A stretch of DNA of 56,833 nt from positions 1 to 56,833 of IMG/VR virus record IMGVR_UViG_3300009788_000018. One strand, given 5' to 3'. The position numbers and the translations under genes are program-made. This document shows, piece after piece, positions 28,434 to 37,172 of this stretch. The stretch's first letter is position 1; each line of letters opens with the position of its first letter. Origin of the DNA: a virus (lineage: Duplodnaviria > Caudoviricetes). A model generated the notes under the pieces. It saw nothing but the letters and a program-made list of their open reading frames with translations. It had not been told where the DNA came from and made no database searches.

Positions 28434-28720
28434 AGTATCAAATTCTGCTTAACATAGTGATCGTTATCTGGCTCTTTACTATTGAGAGACGGTTGAAACT
28501 AATTAATGCTGGCTGTTCTGCAGCTTGGCTGTTTACACAACGTTTATATCGTGAAGTATTCGGAACTACTGAGGACGAGAATGAAAAGTACAATAAACCT
28601 TGTCCTCACAATCCTGAAGTGATGTGTGTACAAATGCCTATCGATGAGGAGATAGATGATACTAACTGTCATGCATGTCCCGAAAAAGATGGGCAGAAAG
28701 AAGGAAGTAATGATGAATAG
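28430..28720 (+). CDS. Hypothetical membrane-anchored Cys-rich protein
   Basis: ATGA overlap; SD AAGGAG. Confidence 0.5.
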   Translation: MKYQILLNIVIVIWLFTIERRLKLINAGCSAAWLFTQRLYREVFGTTEDENEKYNKPCPHNPEVMCVQMPIDEEIDDTNCHACPEKDGQKEGSNDE

Positions 28721-28937
28721 GATAATAGAAGATATTTGTATGGTTGGATTAGCTTTGATTGTAGCGAGCTTTTCTATTGGTGGAGCTTTGCTTTTTGTGT
28801 TTAAAGAAGTTCTTACCGAGAGATATCCAACCCCTCCACTATGGTTGTGGCAAGCTTTAATAGGAGCTCTAGCTATATACGCACTTCTATTTATTGCTGT
28901 TATAATTTGCAGGTGCTTTGACCAACAAGAATTCTGA
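28710..28937 (+). CDS. Small membrane protein with two TM helices
   Basis: Two hydrophobic stretches. Confidence 0.5.
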   Translation: MMNRIIEDICMVGLALIVASFSIGGALLFVFKEVLTERYPTPPLWLWQALIGALAIYALLFIAVIICRCFDQQEF

Positions 28938-28949
28938 AAGGACCGAAAA

Positions 28950-29195
28950 ATGATACCGATGATTGAAAACGTTGTGACTATCACAATGGAAGTGATATTC
29001 TTTGGTCTACTGATAATCTTGTGTGTTGGAGTTGTAGTAATCCGGGCAGCTGCAACCATCTACTGGAAAGATCGCTGTCATCGTTGCAAAGCTAAGAACA
29101 GTCTACGATGGACAAAAGAATTCATAGATGGTCAGATGGAAGATATCCCCAAGTGTATGGAATGTAACGACGAACTTTATTACCAACTACCATAA
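28950..29195 (+). CDS. TM helix plus zinc-ribbon small protein
   Basis: CHRC...CMEC. Confidence 0.55.
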   Translation: MIPMIENVVTITMEVIFFGLLIILCVGVVVIRAAATIYWKDRCHRCKAKNSLRWTKEFIDGQMEDIPKCMECNDELYYQLP

Positions 29196-29209
29196 GGAGT
29201 AGCCTTCGG

Positions 29210-29698
29210 ATGATTAAAGATTCTGATATCGCAAAAAAATTAAAGCCCTCTGAAGTTGAAGAAATAGTTGAGTTATTAGGACAAAACTTTAGATCCGAAA
29301 TTATGGCCAGAATGAATCCTGTCCTATCTCCACATGATTATGCTGACTACTATGCAGTGGCTATTCAAAAACTTGATAAAGTACGTGAACTTCTATTCGG
29401 CTCAGATTGTATGGTAGAGATGGGTTATAAGTGGAAGTTATTAAAAAAGGAAGAGTCTAAGAAAGAAAAGAAGAGCAAGAAAGCTAAGAAAAAGTATTCT
29501 AAGAAAAAGAAATACTCTAAAAAGAAGAAGATAGATAAATGGCAAGGTTTTAAAGATAATGTATATGATGATGGACCCTCAGAAGATAGTCAAATACACA
29601 AGCTGACTAAGAAACTAAAGCGGGCGACAGATCCGGCGGACAAACGTAAAATCCGCAAACAGTTAAGGAAATTAGGACACACAGGTGGCACACGATAA
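29210..29698 (+). CDS. Lys-rich protein ending in the LRKLGHxGG module
   Basis: KKKYSKK repeats; C-terminal TDPADKRKIRKQLRKLGHTGGTR. Confidence 0.7.
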   Translation: MIKDSDIAKKLKPSEVEEIVELLGQNFRSEIMARMNPVLSPHDYADYYAVAIQKLDKVRELLFGSDCMVEMGYKWKLLKKEESKKEKKSKKAKKKYSKKKKYSKKKKIDKWQGFKDNVYDDGPSEDSQIHKLTKKLKRATDPADKRKIRKQLRKLGHTGGTR

Positions 29699-29798
29699 TG
29701 ATTAGAAAATTAATGGTTCTACGATTACGGTTCTTTCTATTGCTCGGAGCGATAGAGCTAAGAATTCGTTTTGGCAAACCTCTAGGAGGTACACGACA

Positions 29799-29996
29799 AT
29801 GGAATTCATGTTAAGAACAGCCGCAGCAATGTTAAATTGTGAGCAGAGTCAGCTACACCCTGACTTTGTTAAATACTTGGGAGAGATCCAGAGTCTGGTA
29901 TTTCAAGTAGAGGGTCGAATAACAAGCAGACAGATCGTAGCTCCTGCCATAGTTAACTGGCAACATCTTACTGGAGAGAAAGCAAAGGTAATCTGA
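29799..29996 (+). CDS. Hypothetical protein
   Basis: SD AGGAGG. Confidence 0.55.
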   Translation: MEFMLRTAAAMLNCEQSQLHPDFVKYLGEIQSLVFQVEGRITSRQIVAPAIVNWQHLTGEKAKVI

Positions 29997-30262
29997 TGGC
30001 CAAGAACACTAAGATAAATATAAAGACCGATATACCTTATCGATGGAGTGAGCGAGGTTATGATGAGAGTATTAATGATTGTGTTTTAGCCTCAGACGAT
30101 CTGTGGTACTTAGCAGTACTAGGTGAGCTTGCGGCTGATATCTCCGAGGTTACAGGCGACCCTGTTATCTCAGATCAAGATCTTGTTAACTTTTATAACG
30201 ACGCTACAGGCATAAGTAGCGAGTGGGAAGAAGAAGGAGACGAAAATGAGACAGAGTTTTGA
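29996..30262 (+). CDS. Acidic hypothetical protein
   Basis: Coupled start and stop. Confidence 0.5.
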   Translation: MAKNTKINIKTDIPYRWSERGYDESINDCVLASDDLWYLAVLGELAADISEVTGDPVISDQDLVNFYNDATGISSEWEEEGDENETEF

Positions 30263-30521
30263 AACTGCAGTAGCAGGGATAGCCACGCTTATAATAGTGG
30301 TGCTTATAATCTTGGGGCTGTATTTTAGTTCAGGATGTGCTCCTGAGTCCAGAAGTTTAGTTCCCAGGACTCAAGAGCAAAAGGTACAGTCATTCATACG
30401 TATTTTCACAGATCCAAATATGGCACCCATATTGCGTCATCTTCGAATAAAACAGATGGAAGCTATCATGGAAAAAGAACTTGAAGAGCTCGACCGTGAG
30501 CGGGCTTTGAACACAATCTAA
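30246..30521 (+). CDS. Membrane protein or lipoprotein
   Basis: Hydrophobic segment then SSGC. Confidence 0.5.
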   Translation: MRQSFETAVAGIATLIIVVLIILGLYFSSGCAPESRSLVPRTQEQKVQSFIRIFTDPNMAPILRHLRIKQMEAIMEKELEELDRERALNTI

Positions 30522-30537
30522 TGAAAGGAGCAAGGCA

Positions 30538-30780
30538 ATGCCAAAGCAACAAAACAAATTTGGAGCAAAGAAGCTGGCTATGAAACAGTCTAAACGAGAC
30601 AGGGAGAAAGTTAAAGCTATCGCTAAGGCTGACGCTTTAAAGCCCATCGGAGGAAAGTGCCCTGAGTGTAAGCTGCGTATTCGTACCAATGATATGGGTA
30701 AGCATCGGGCAGGTATTAGTCATATTCGTCGTGTTGGTGTGTCGACGGATCGCACAAAGTACGGCGGCGGTCACAAATGA
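30538..30780 (+). CDS. Small basic zinc-finger protein
   Basis: CPEC...H....H; GGAGCAAGGCAA leader. Confidence 0.6.
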   Translation: MPKQQNKFGAKKLAMKQSKRDREKVKAIAKADALKPIGGKCPECKLRIRTNDMGKHRAGISHIRRVGVSTDRTKYGGGHK

Positions 30781-31271
30781 ACTGGGCTAAAGTTGATATA
30801 ACTATCGATCGACAGGTAAGGAAACTATGCTTTAAACCTTATCCAGGACATCGTCGAGGTTGTCCTAACTTTGGTAAGAAGGCAGGCTGTCCTCCTCAGG
30901 TACCTATGATCAATGAGCTATTTGATTTATCTCAGCCTGTCTGGGCGATCTGGAACATCTTTGACTTTGCAGCACATTGTGATAGGATGAGGGAAGCCCA
31001 TCCAAATTGGAGTAAGCGTCAGGTCGAATGTTGTCTATATTGGCAGCCGACCGCTAGGAAACAATTGTTCAGTACCTCTGTAGAGTTTTTACAGGAGCAC
31101 AAAGACCTTATGGTTATCTCTTGTCCTGAAGCCTGCGGAGTAAATGTCACGAAAACTATGTTAGATATTGGTCATGAATTAGAGTGGCCCCCTACAACAA
31201 AAACTTATCAAATACTGTTGGCAGGAAGTCGAATTAATAAATCTGTAAGAAAAAGGAGATCGCCATGTTGA
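30777..31271 (+). CDS. DUF2284-like metal-binding protein
   Basis: C...GCPNFGK..GCPP and PEACGVNV..T motifs. Confidence 0.65.
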   Translation: MNWAKVDITIDRQVRKLCFKPYPGHRRGCPNFGKKAGCPPQVPMINELFDLSQPVWAIWNIFDFAAHCDRMREAHPNWSKRQVECCLYWQPTARKQLFSTSVEFLQEHKDLMVISCPEACGVNVTKTMLDIGHELEWPPTTKTYQILLAGSRINKSVRKRRSPC

Positions 31272-31675
31272 ATAGAAGAGAAGTATTGAAAGGAATAACC
31301 TTAGCTGCCCTTTTCCCTAGCCTGGGAATTAAAAGGATAGGAGGGTTGGTTTCTGCCCAGGGTGGAGTAGTTAGTTTAGGAAGCACGGCTGGACTTCTCT
31401 CCAATCCTGGATATATCTTGTATGACCTCGTAAAGAAGTGGATACCAGATGACAAGATAGATCATAAGGCTTTTGAAAACCTGATTAAAGATTGCTCAAT
31501 AGAGATAGACACAGGGGATATTCCAACCACCAGTTCTATTGACGCTATAGTTTTTCTTGGTCAGGAGACTAAGCATGTCGTTTGGTTTGATGGTTCCGAC
31601 AGGGGTAAGATGAGTGTAATGCCCGAACGAAAAGCTAAAGACTTATTTGATAAGGATGGACATCGCTATGCCTAA
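31265..31675 (+). CDS. Protein with twin-arginine (Tat)-like signal peptide
   Basis: MLNRREVLKG followed by a hydrophobic stretch. Confidence 0.55.
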   Translation: MLNRREVLKGITLAALFPSLGIKRIGGLVSAQGGVVSLGSTAGLLSNPGYILYDLVKKWIPDDKIDHKAFENLIKDCSIEIDTGDIPTTSSIDAIVFLGQETKHVVWFDGSDRGKMSVMPERKAKDLFDKDGHRYA

Positions 31676-32114
31676 GTATAAGAAAATAACTTCCTTCAGA
31701 GGGCAGTACTTCTTTCTTAGCAACTTTGCTAGAAGTCCAATCGTGCATAATGGACACTTCTATCCGTCTGCTGAGCATTTATTTCAGACTATGAAAGCAA
31801 CTGATGATGAGCATCGAGAATATATCCGAACAGGTAGAGATGCCAGGGAGGCAAAATATCGAGGCCGACTTAGTCCGTTACGAGATGACTGGGAACAAAT
31901 TAAGGATGCGATAATGCTTCTGGTTGTTCTCGCTAAGTTTAATAGTAATCCTGGGTTGGCTAAGAAACTTAAGGCCACAGGAAATGCTATATTAATCGAA
32001 GAGAATTATTGGCACGATAATTATTGGGGGAACTGTCTCTGTGCCAATTGTGAAAATAAGCAACCTCACAATATGCTGGGTAGAATTTTAATGAGAGTTA
32101 GGAGAACACTGTAA
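31668..32114 (+). CDS. NADAR (YbiA-like) family protein
   Basis: FLSNF, SAEH.FQ..K, W...K..IM, KF..NP.L..L..TG, E....D..WG, N.LG..LM.VR. Confidence 0.92.
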   Translation: MPKYKKITSFRGQYFFLSNFARSPIVHNGHFYPSAEHLFQTMKATDDEHREYIRTGRDAREAKYRGRLSPLRDDWEQIKDAIMLLVVLAKFNSNPGLAKKLKATGNAILIEENYWHDNYWGNCLCANCENKQPHNMLGRILMRVRRTL

Positions 32115-32587
32115 TGGGTAGAAAATCGATACACCAAAAAAGTGCTATACTCAAAGCTTATAAAAAAGTAAAGTCTGTAAAAAGAATGGCTTTTCTTCTT
32201 AAAGTGACTGAAGCTACAGTGCATAACTACTTGAAGAAGTATAAGTTTAAACCTTTCGAGACTGAGACTGACGAGGTTTCTTTTGATGTGGCTAAAGCTT
32301 ATACCTACGATACTACTACCAGAGACCTAGTTCGTAAGTTTGGTTACTCAGTTGGAGGTATACGATATCACTTGGAGAAGTTTGTATTGTTTCCCCTGAA
32401 ATACAGGCTTACTGAAGATTGGACTCCTCCTAAGAAGATACAACATATTAAGGTTATCAATGCTCTGATAGCCAGGGATACCGATGATCCCCGAGATTTG
32501 GTAGGTTTACCAGGATTATCTAATAAGCTGATAGATGAGTATTGGTCTGGAGCTACAGGTAAAACTCTGAAGGATTACGACGAATGA
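32114..32587 (+). CDS. HTH DNA-binding protein
   Basis: SVKRMAFLLKVTEATVHNYL plus a second HTH-like segment. Confidence 0.55.
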   Translation: MGRKSIHQKSAILKAYKKVKSVKRMAFLLKVTEATVHNYLKKYKFKPFETETDEVSFDVAKAYTYDTTTRDLVRKFGYSVGGIRYHLEKFVLFPLKYRLTEDWTPPKKIQHIKVINALIARDTDDPRDLVGLPGLSNKLIDEYWSGATGKTLKDYDE

Positions 32588-32940
32588 AGAAGATAGGTAT
32601 AGTTGGATCTAGAAGAAGGAATACTACCAAAGATCTTATACGGGTCGAGGACACCTTCTGGGATATCTATGAAGATGATGATATTATCGTCAGCGGAGGT
32701 TGTCCTGAAGGGGGTGATCGCTTTGCTGAAATAATTGCTTCTCAACATGAGATACCTATTATTATCTTTAAGGCAGACTGGTCAGTAGGGCGACATGCTG
32801 GATTTTTAAGGAACACAGATATAGCAAAGGGTTCTGACGTTCTAATAGCTTGTGTATCGGGCGATCGAACAGGTGGGACCGAAGATACAATTTATAAGTT
32901 TAGAGGATTTTATCCAGAAGGGAGAGTAGTATTAGTATGA
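32584..32940 (+). CDS. SLOG family (YspA/DprA-like) protein
   Basis: IVGSR, IVSGGC..G.D..A, F.ADW, AG..RN..I, GGT..T. Confidence 0.85.
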   Translation: MKKIGIVGSRRRNTTKDLIRVEDTFWDIYEDDDIIVSGGCPEGGDRFAEIIASQHEIPIIIFKADWSVGRHAGFLRNTDIAKGSDVLIACVSGDRTGGTEDTIYKFRGFYPEGRVVLV

Positions 32941-33101
32941 ATGAAGACTATTGGAAAAGACGAGAAGCATTAGATAAAGCTTGGAGAGATGCTCCTCGCG
33001 ATGTGTTAATGGGCGGGGCTCTTGCTCTAATAATAATAATAATATGTGGTAGCGTAATAGGATTACTTAGCATAGCTATTATGGATTATATCACAAAGTA
33101 A
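32937..33101 (+). CDS. Small TM protein (54 aa, not in ORF track)
   Basis: ATGA overlap; LALIIIIICGSVIGLLSIAI. Confidence 0.5.
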   Translation: MNEDYWKRREALDKAWRDAPRDVLMGGALALIIIIICGSVIGLLSIAIMDYITK

Positions 33102-33114
33102 GGGAGACTTAGAG

Positions 33115-33351
33115 ATGGACCCTATAAAATTTGAATCAATGAACAAAACTTTTGCAGAGGATCAACCTCAATATATACCGCTGCCAGTCTTCCAAGACCC
33201 AGATGGCCGAGTGACCAGCGTTTGGAAACCGACCGACGAGGAGAAAAAGATAATTGCAGAAGGTGGTATGATCTGCTTGTGTCAGAGTACTTTTAATCAG
33301 CCCTTACAACCCGTGAACTTATGGGCTGCCGATGTTAAAGAAATAGAATAA
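33115..33351 (+). CDS. Hypothetical protein
   Basis: QPQYIPLP...VTSVWKP..EE...I..GG; SD. Confidence 0.6.
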   Translation: MDPIKFESMNKTFAEDQPQYIPLPVFQDPDGRVTSVWKPTDEEKKIIAEGGMICLCQSTFNQPLQPVNLWAADVKEIE

Positions 33352-33364
33352 GGAGATTTACAAG

Positions 33365-33883
33365 ATGGAAATGTACGAAGAGATGATGTTAGAATTTCAC
33401 AAAGCGTTCGAGGTACCCATCGCCGCATGTCCTGCCTTGCTACCTGCTGAAGCTGCACTGAGGAGGATAACTCTTATAGAATCTGAGGCAGGTGAACTAG
33501 GTGATGCGTTTCGAGAAAAGGATTTGGTAAAAGCTGCTGATGGTATTGGCGACCTTCTTTACGTTACGTTTGGTACTGCAGTTGAGATGGGCTTACCAAT
33601 AGACGAGATCTTTGCTCAGATCCATAGATCGAATATGACCAAGGTCTGTAAAGATGGAAGTCTGTTAAAAGACGCTGGAGGTAAAGTTCTTAAGCCTGCT
33701 ACCTATGAGCCTGTAGATCTTAGCTGGCTACTTAAGAACAGAGATCGTGATCTTGATGACCCACAATCTCCTTCAAATGGTTACATTTGCCAGGATTGTC
33801 AGTACTACGCTTCTGTGAACTGTAAGTCTGGTTCTGGTGAGTTATGCAAGATATTCACATTAAGAGCCTTTAACTATAGATGA
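33365..33883 (+). CDS. MazG-like NTP pyrophosphohydrolase
   Basis: EFH..F, E..EL, D...DL.YV..G, H.SNM.K, GKVLKP. Confidence 0.88.
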   Translation: MEMYEEMMLEFHKAFEVPIAACPALLPAEAALRRITLIESEAGELGDAFREKDLVKAADGIGDLLYVTFGTAVEMGLPIDEIFAQIHRSNMTKVCKDGSLLKDAGGKVLKPATYEPVDLSWLLKNRDRDLDDPQSPSNGYICQDCQYYASVNCKSGSGELCKIFTLRAFNYR

Positions 33884-35298
33884 CAGTACAGCAAGTACAA
33901 GTTAGAAGAGTACATCCATACAGAAAGTTTATGCCTCATCAGGTAAAGGCGATGGCCTTCTTGAAAAAGCTAAACGGTTGTGCTGGATTGTACATGGCTT
34001 GTGGAACTGGTAAGACCTTAGTAGTCGCTAGATATGCTAGGTTCCGTATGCCTGCTCTGATAATCTGTCGGAGAGATGACTACTTCACCTGGCAGAAAGA
34101 ACTGGCTTTAGAGGGAGTTCCTGGAAGCGATGTATTCTTACTACAGAATGCCAGGCAAGAACTACCTCTTGATCCACGCTGGGCCATCATAACGTATGGA
34201 CAGGTTAGGAATGCCAGGATTTTCCGTTGGATTAGACACATGCTTTGGAAGGTCACTGCCGCTGATGAATCGCATACTATTAAGAGATGGAAAGCTCAGC
34301 GAACTAAAAAGGTGATAGCAGCTACTAGGCATATACCCCATAGGATTGCTATGACCGGAACACCTATCACGAATACTCCTGGCGATGTTTACACGCAGTC
34401 CTTATTCGTAGATAATGGTAGAACGTTTGGTAACAACTGGTGGAAGTTTAAAAAGAAGTATTATATTCAGTCAGGTCCTGGATGGTATCTGAAGCATAAC
34501 TCCAAGGATCTTATCGCTAATAAACTTAGCAAGATGTCTTTCTACGTTCATGAGGACGACGTACTTAATCTTCCTCCTGTTCGACGGTTGACTAAATCAG
34601 TTCGTATGTCAGGACAACAGAGGCATCTTTACAGGAAGATCTGGTCAGATTTTGATGTAGTGATACCAGGCCGAAAGATCGTGGAGCTTAATCATGTAAT
34701 ATCTCAGTGTATTAAGAGTAGACAGATTGCTTCGGGTTTTATCTATGATGAAAACCATAAAGCTATATGGATGAAATCTCCTAAGCTTGATTTGTTATTA
34801 TCGATGTTGAAAGACGAGGATTACTTCAAGTACAAAGAGAAGATCGTTATATGGTGCGCTCATTCGGCCGAAATATTTAAGATAACTTCAGAAGCTAAAG
34901 CTTTGGGAGTTAAATCAGTAACCTTTGGAGGACATCTAGATCCAGACCAAAAGATCGAGGCTCGACAAAGATTTGAAGGTGATAAAGCTATCAAGCTATT
35001 TATTGGTCAGGTAGATGCAGGAGTAGGAATGAACGAACTTGTCGTAGCTGACACGGCTGTATATTTCTCTAACTCTTCTCGAGTAGTATCGCGTCAGCAA
35101 TCTGAGTTGAGAATACGTAGGAAAGGTTCAGAAGGTCATAAGTCTATAACCTATTGGGATTTTGTCTCAGAGGATTCAATCGACGTTACCATATTGGAAG
35201 CTCTCAGGCAGAATATCTCTCTCGCTGACTATATAACCGCCAGAATTAACATGGGAGATTCGCTTTCTCGCATTCTCAATCTGGTAGCTTACAAATAG
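33880..35298 (+). CDS. SNF2-family helicase
   Basis: PHQ, GTGKT, DESH, MTGTP, G.GMN, Q...RI.R.G. Confidence 0.9.
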   Translation: MTVQQVQVRRVHPYRKFMPHQVKAMAFLKKLNGCAGLYMACGTGKTLVVARYARFRMPALIICRRDDYFTWQKELALEGVPGSDVFLLQNARQELPLDPRWAIITYGQVRNARIFRWIRHMLWKVTAADESHTIKRWKAQRTKKVIAATRHIPHRIAMTGTPITNTPGDVYTQSLFVDNGRTFGNNWWKFKKKYYIQSGPGWYLKHNSKDLIANKLSKMSFYVHEDDVLNLPPVRRLTKSVRMSGQQRHLYRKIWSDFDVVIPGRKIVELNHVISQCIKSRQIASGFIYDENHKAIWMKSPKLDLLLSMLKDEDYFKYKEKIVIWCAHSAEIFKITSEAKALGVKSVTFGGHLDPDQKIEARQRFEGDKAIKLFIGQVDAGVGMNELVVADTAVYFSNSSRVVSRQQSELRIRRKGSEGHKSITYWDFVSEDSIDVTILEALRQNISLADYITARINMGDSLSRILNLVAYK

Positions 35299-35316
35299 AA
35301 TAACTTGATATATAAT
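35288..35316 (+). promoter_or_regulatory. Possible promoter for the recombination/replication operon
   Basis: CTTACA-17nt-TATAAT. Confidence 0.4.
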
Positions 35317-35350
35317 AAAAAATTAATCAAAAAGGAAAGGAGTAAGGCAA

Positions 35351-36397
35351 ATGGCAAATTCATTGTTAATAGTAGAAAACCCATTTGAGAAGCCCCCTAT
35401 AATTCCTAAGAGATTTGGTTGGTCGTACTCTACTCAAAAGCTTTTTAGGAAATGTAAGCGCAAGTTCTTCTGGACCAAGATATTTAGGTTACGATCACGG
35501 AGAGAAGCTGCTCCATTGGTCATCAGTAGTGCTGGACACGAAGGTCTAGAACTATGGTATCGTTTTCCAAAAGTACGAATGAGGAAAGTGGCTGACCGGA
35601 TTGTCAAAGAGACTAAAGCTAGGCTTGAAGGTAACTCTCGTTTTTATAACCAAGATGATTATGATAGCTTGATGATCTTGTTAGATACCGTCACAGGTAT
35701 GCTGATGGGCTATGCTAGTCATTACGCCAGTGACCGAAAGAGATGGAAGATCGCTAAGGAAGGTGTTGAAGCGTGGTTCGATATCAATATGGGCCGATTC
35801 GACTACAGAGGTAAGATAGACTTGCTTCCTATCATCAACGGTAAGCAACGGGTGATGGATCATAAAATCATCAGTAAACTTGATGGAGCTTTTATAGAAG
35901 CTCTTCCAATGGATGGACAGTTGAGAAGTTATCTGCTAGGAACTAGAAGAGGTTTAAACCTTCAACCTAAGCAGGTTACTTACAATATGATCAAGAAGTG
36001 TAAACTAAGGAGGAAGTCCAACGAGTCACTTAAAGAATTCTCTGACCGAATTCAACTTGATTATATGAACAGAGCTGAATTCTACTTCCATCGAGAAACT
36101 CTTACATTTACCAAAGCTGAGATAGCTAACTTCGTGTACAGTTTAGAAACAACTAACGCTGAATACGAATGGCTCCTTAGCAGAATGGATAATCCTCTTG
36201 ATCCACAAGAGTGGCCAGAGGCAGATCATAACTGTGGAGAGTTCTTTAAGACCTGTGAATTCTTCTCCCTTTGTCACGAGGGCTTAGATCGTGGAACAGG
36301 TCAATTATTTTGCCAATATAATCCGGAGAAGAAAAATGCCACCAAAAAGAAAAAAGTCGTCAAAAAAGGTAAAGGTAAAGGCAAAAAGAAAAAGTGA
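35351..36397 (+). CDS. PD-(D/E)XK Cas4/RecB-like exonuclease
   Basis: SYS....C.RK, H..LE, RGKIDL, DHK, Q...Y, C-terminal Cys cluster. Confidence 0.85.
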   Translation: MANSLLIVENPFEKPPIIPKRFGWSYSTQKLFRKCKRKFFWTKIFRLRSRREAAPLVISSAGHEGLELWYRFPKVRMRKVADRIVKETKARLEGNSRFYNQDDYDSLMILLDTVTGMLMGYASHYASDRKRWKIAKEGVEAWFDINMGRFDYRGKIDLLPIINGKQRVMDHKIISKLDGAFIEALPMDGQLRSYLLGTRRGLNLQPKQVTYNMIKKCKLRRKSNESLKEFSDRIQLDYMNRAEFYFHRETLTFTKAEIANFVYSLETTNAEYEWLLSRMDNPLDPQEWPEADHNCGEFFKTCEFFSLCHEGLDRGTGQLFCQYNPEKKNATKKKKVVKKGKGKGKKKK

Positions 36398-37172
36398 GAT
36401 TGTACTACCAACCGATAGATCAGTAATAGCTCAGACTATCTTTGACCATATCATCATGGTGTACGGTCCTCCAGGTGTGGGCAAGACAATGTTCATCGAC
36501 AGTTTGGCTGATCAAGTTTTCTTCATTAGCACAGACCGAGGAACTCGTTACCTATCAGCTCGTAGGTTAGAAGCTCATAACTATGAGCAGTTAGATGCGA
36601 TCGTAAAGAAACTAGAGTCTGAGTTTAAAGCTGGTACTCTTGCTTACGACCTTGTCTGCCTAGATCATGTTGACGACATCTGTCTTATGGTCGAAGAGTA
36701 TACCTGCGATCAACTAGGTATAGAAGCTCTGGGTGATGTAGGTTTCGCCAAGGGTTGGAAGGCATATAAGAAAGGTATCTGGACCATCCTGCAAAGGTTG
36801 TTAAAGATTAACGTTGGAGTAGCGCTTATCTGCCACGAGCGGATTACAACTATCAGGACTTCAGTCATGGAGACTGAACGAACAATGCCTGATATAGGTA
36901 AATCTGCCAGCAAAGTGCTAGTCCCAGTTTGTGATATTGTAGGTTACTGCGGATTTAAGATTATGAAGGAAGGAGGTAAGCGTAAACAGGTCCGCATTAT
37001 TCGTACCAAGTGTTTAGAGTCTATCTATGCTAAGGATAGAACAGGACGTAAAAAACCAGTCGATGGTTTTGAATTACTAAATGGCGAAGCTTTCGCCGAA
37101 ACTTTTAAGAAAGGGGCCAAGAAACATGGCAAGAAAAAAAAGCGCAAAGGCAAAAAAGTCAAAAAAGGCTAA
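36336..37172 (+). CDS. AAA_24/Sak4-like ATPase (recombinase)
   Basis: YGPPGVGKT, CLD, ICHE, AKDR; ATG 36336 has a GGAG SD. Confidence 0.85.
   Translation: MPPKRKKSSKKVKVKAKRKSEIVLPTDRSVIAQTIFDHIIMVYGPPGVGKTMFIDSLADQVFFISTDRGTRYLSARRLEAHNYEQLDAIVKKLESEFKAGTLAYDLVCLDHVDDICLMVEEYTCDQLGIEALGDVGFAKGWKAYKKGIWTILQRLLKINVGVALICHERITTIRTSVMETERTMPDIGKSASKVLVPVCDIVGYCGFKIMKEGGKRKQVRIIRTKCLESIYAKDRTGRKKPVDGFELLNGEAFAETFKKGAKKHGKKKKRKGKKVKKG

Noticed and set aside
36336-36360. MPPKRKK as a eukaryotic nuclear localisation signal
   Set aside because: SD sites, sigma70-like promoters and gene content indicate a bacterial host; it is one of many Lys-rich arms.
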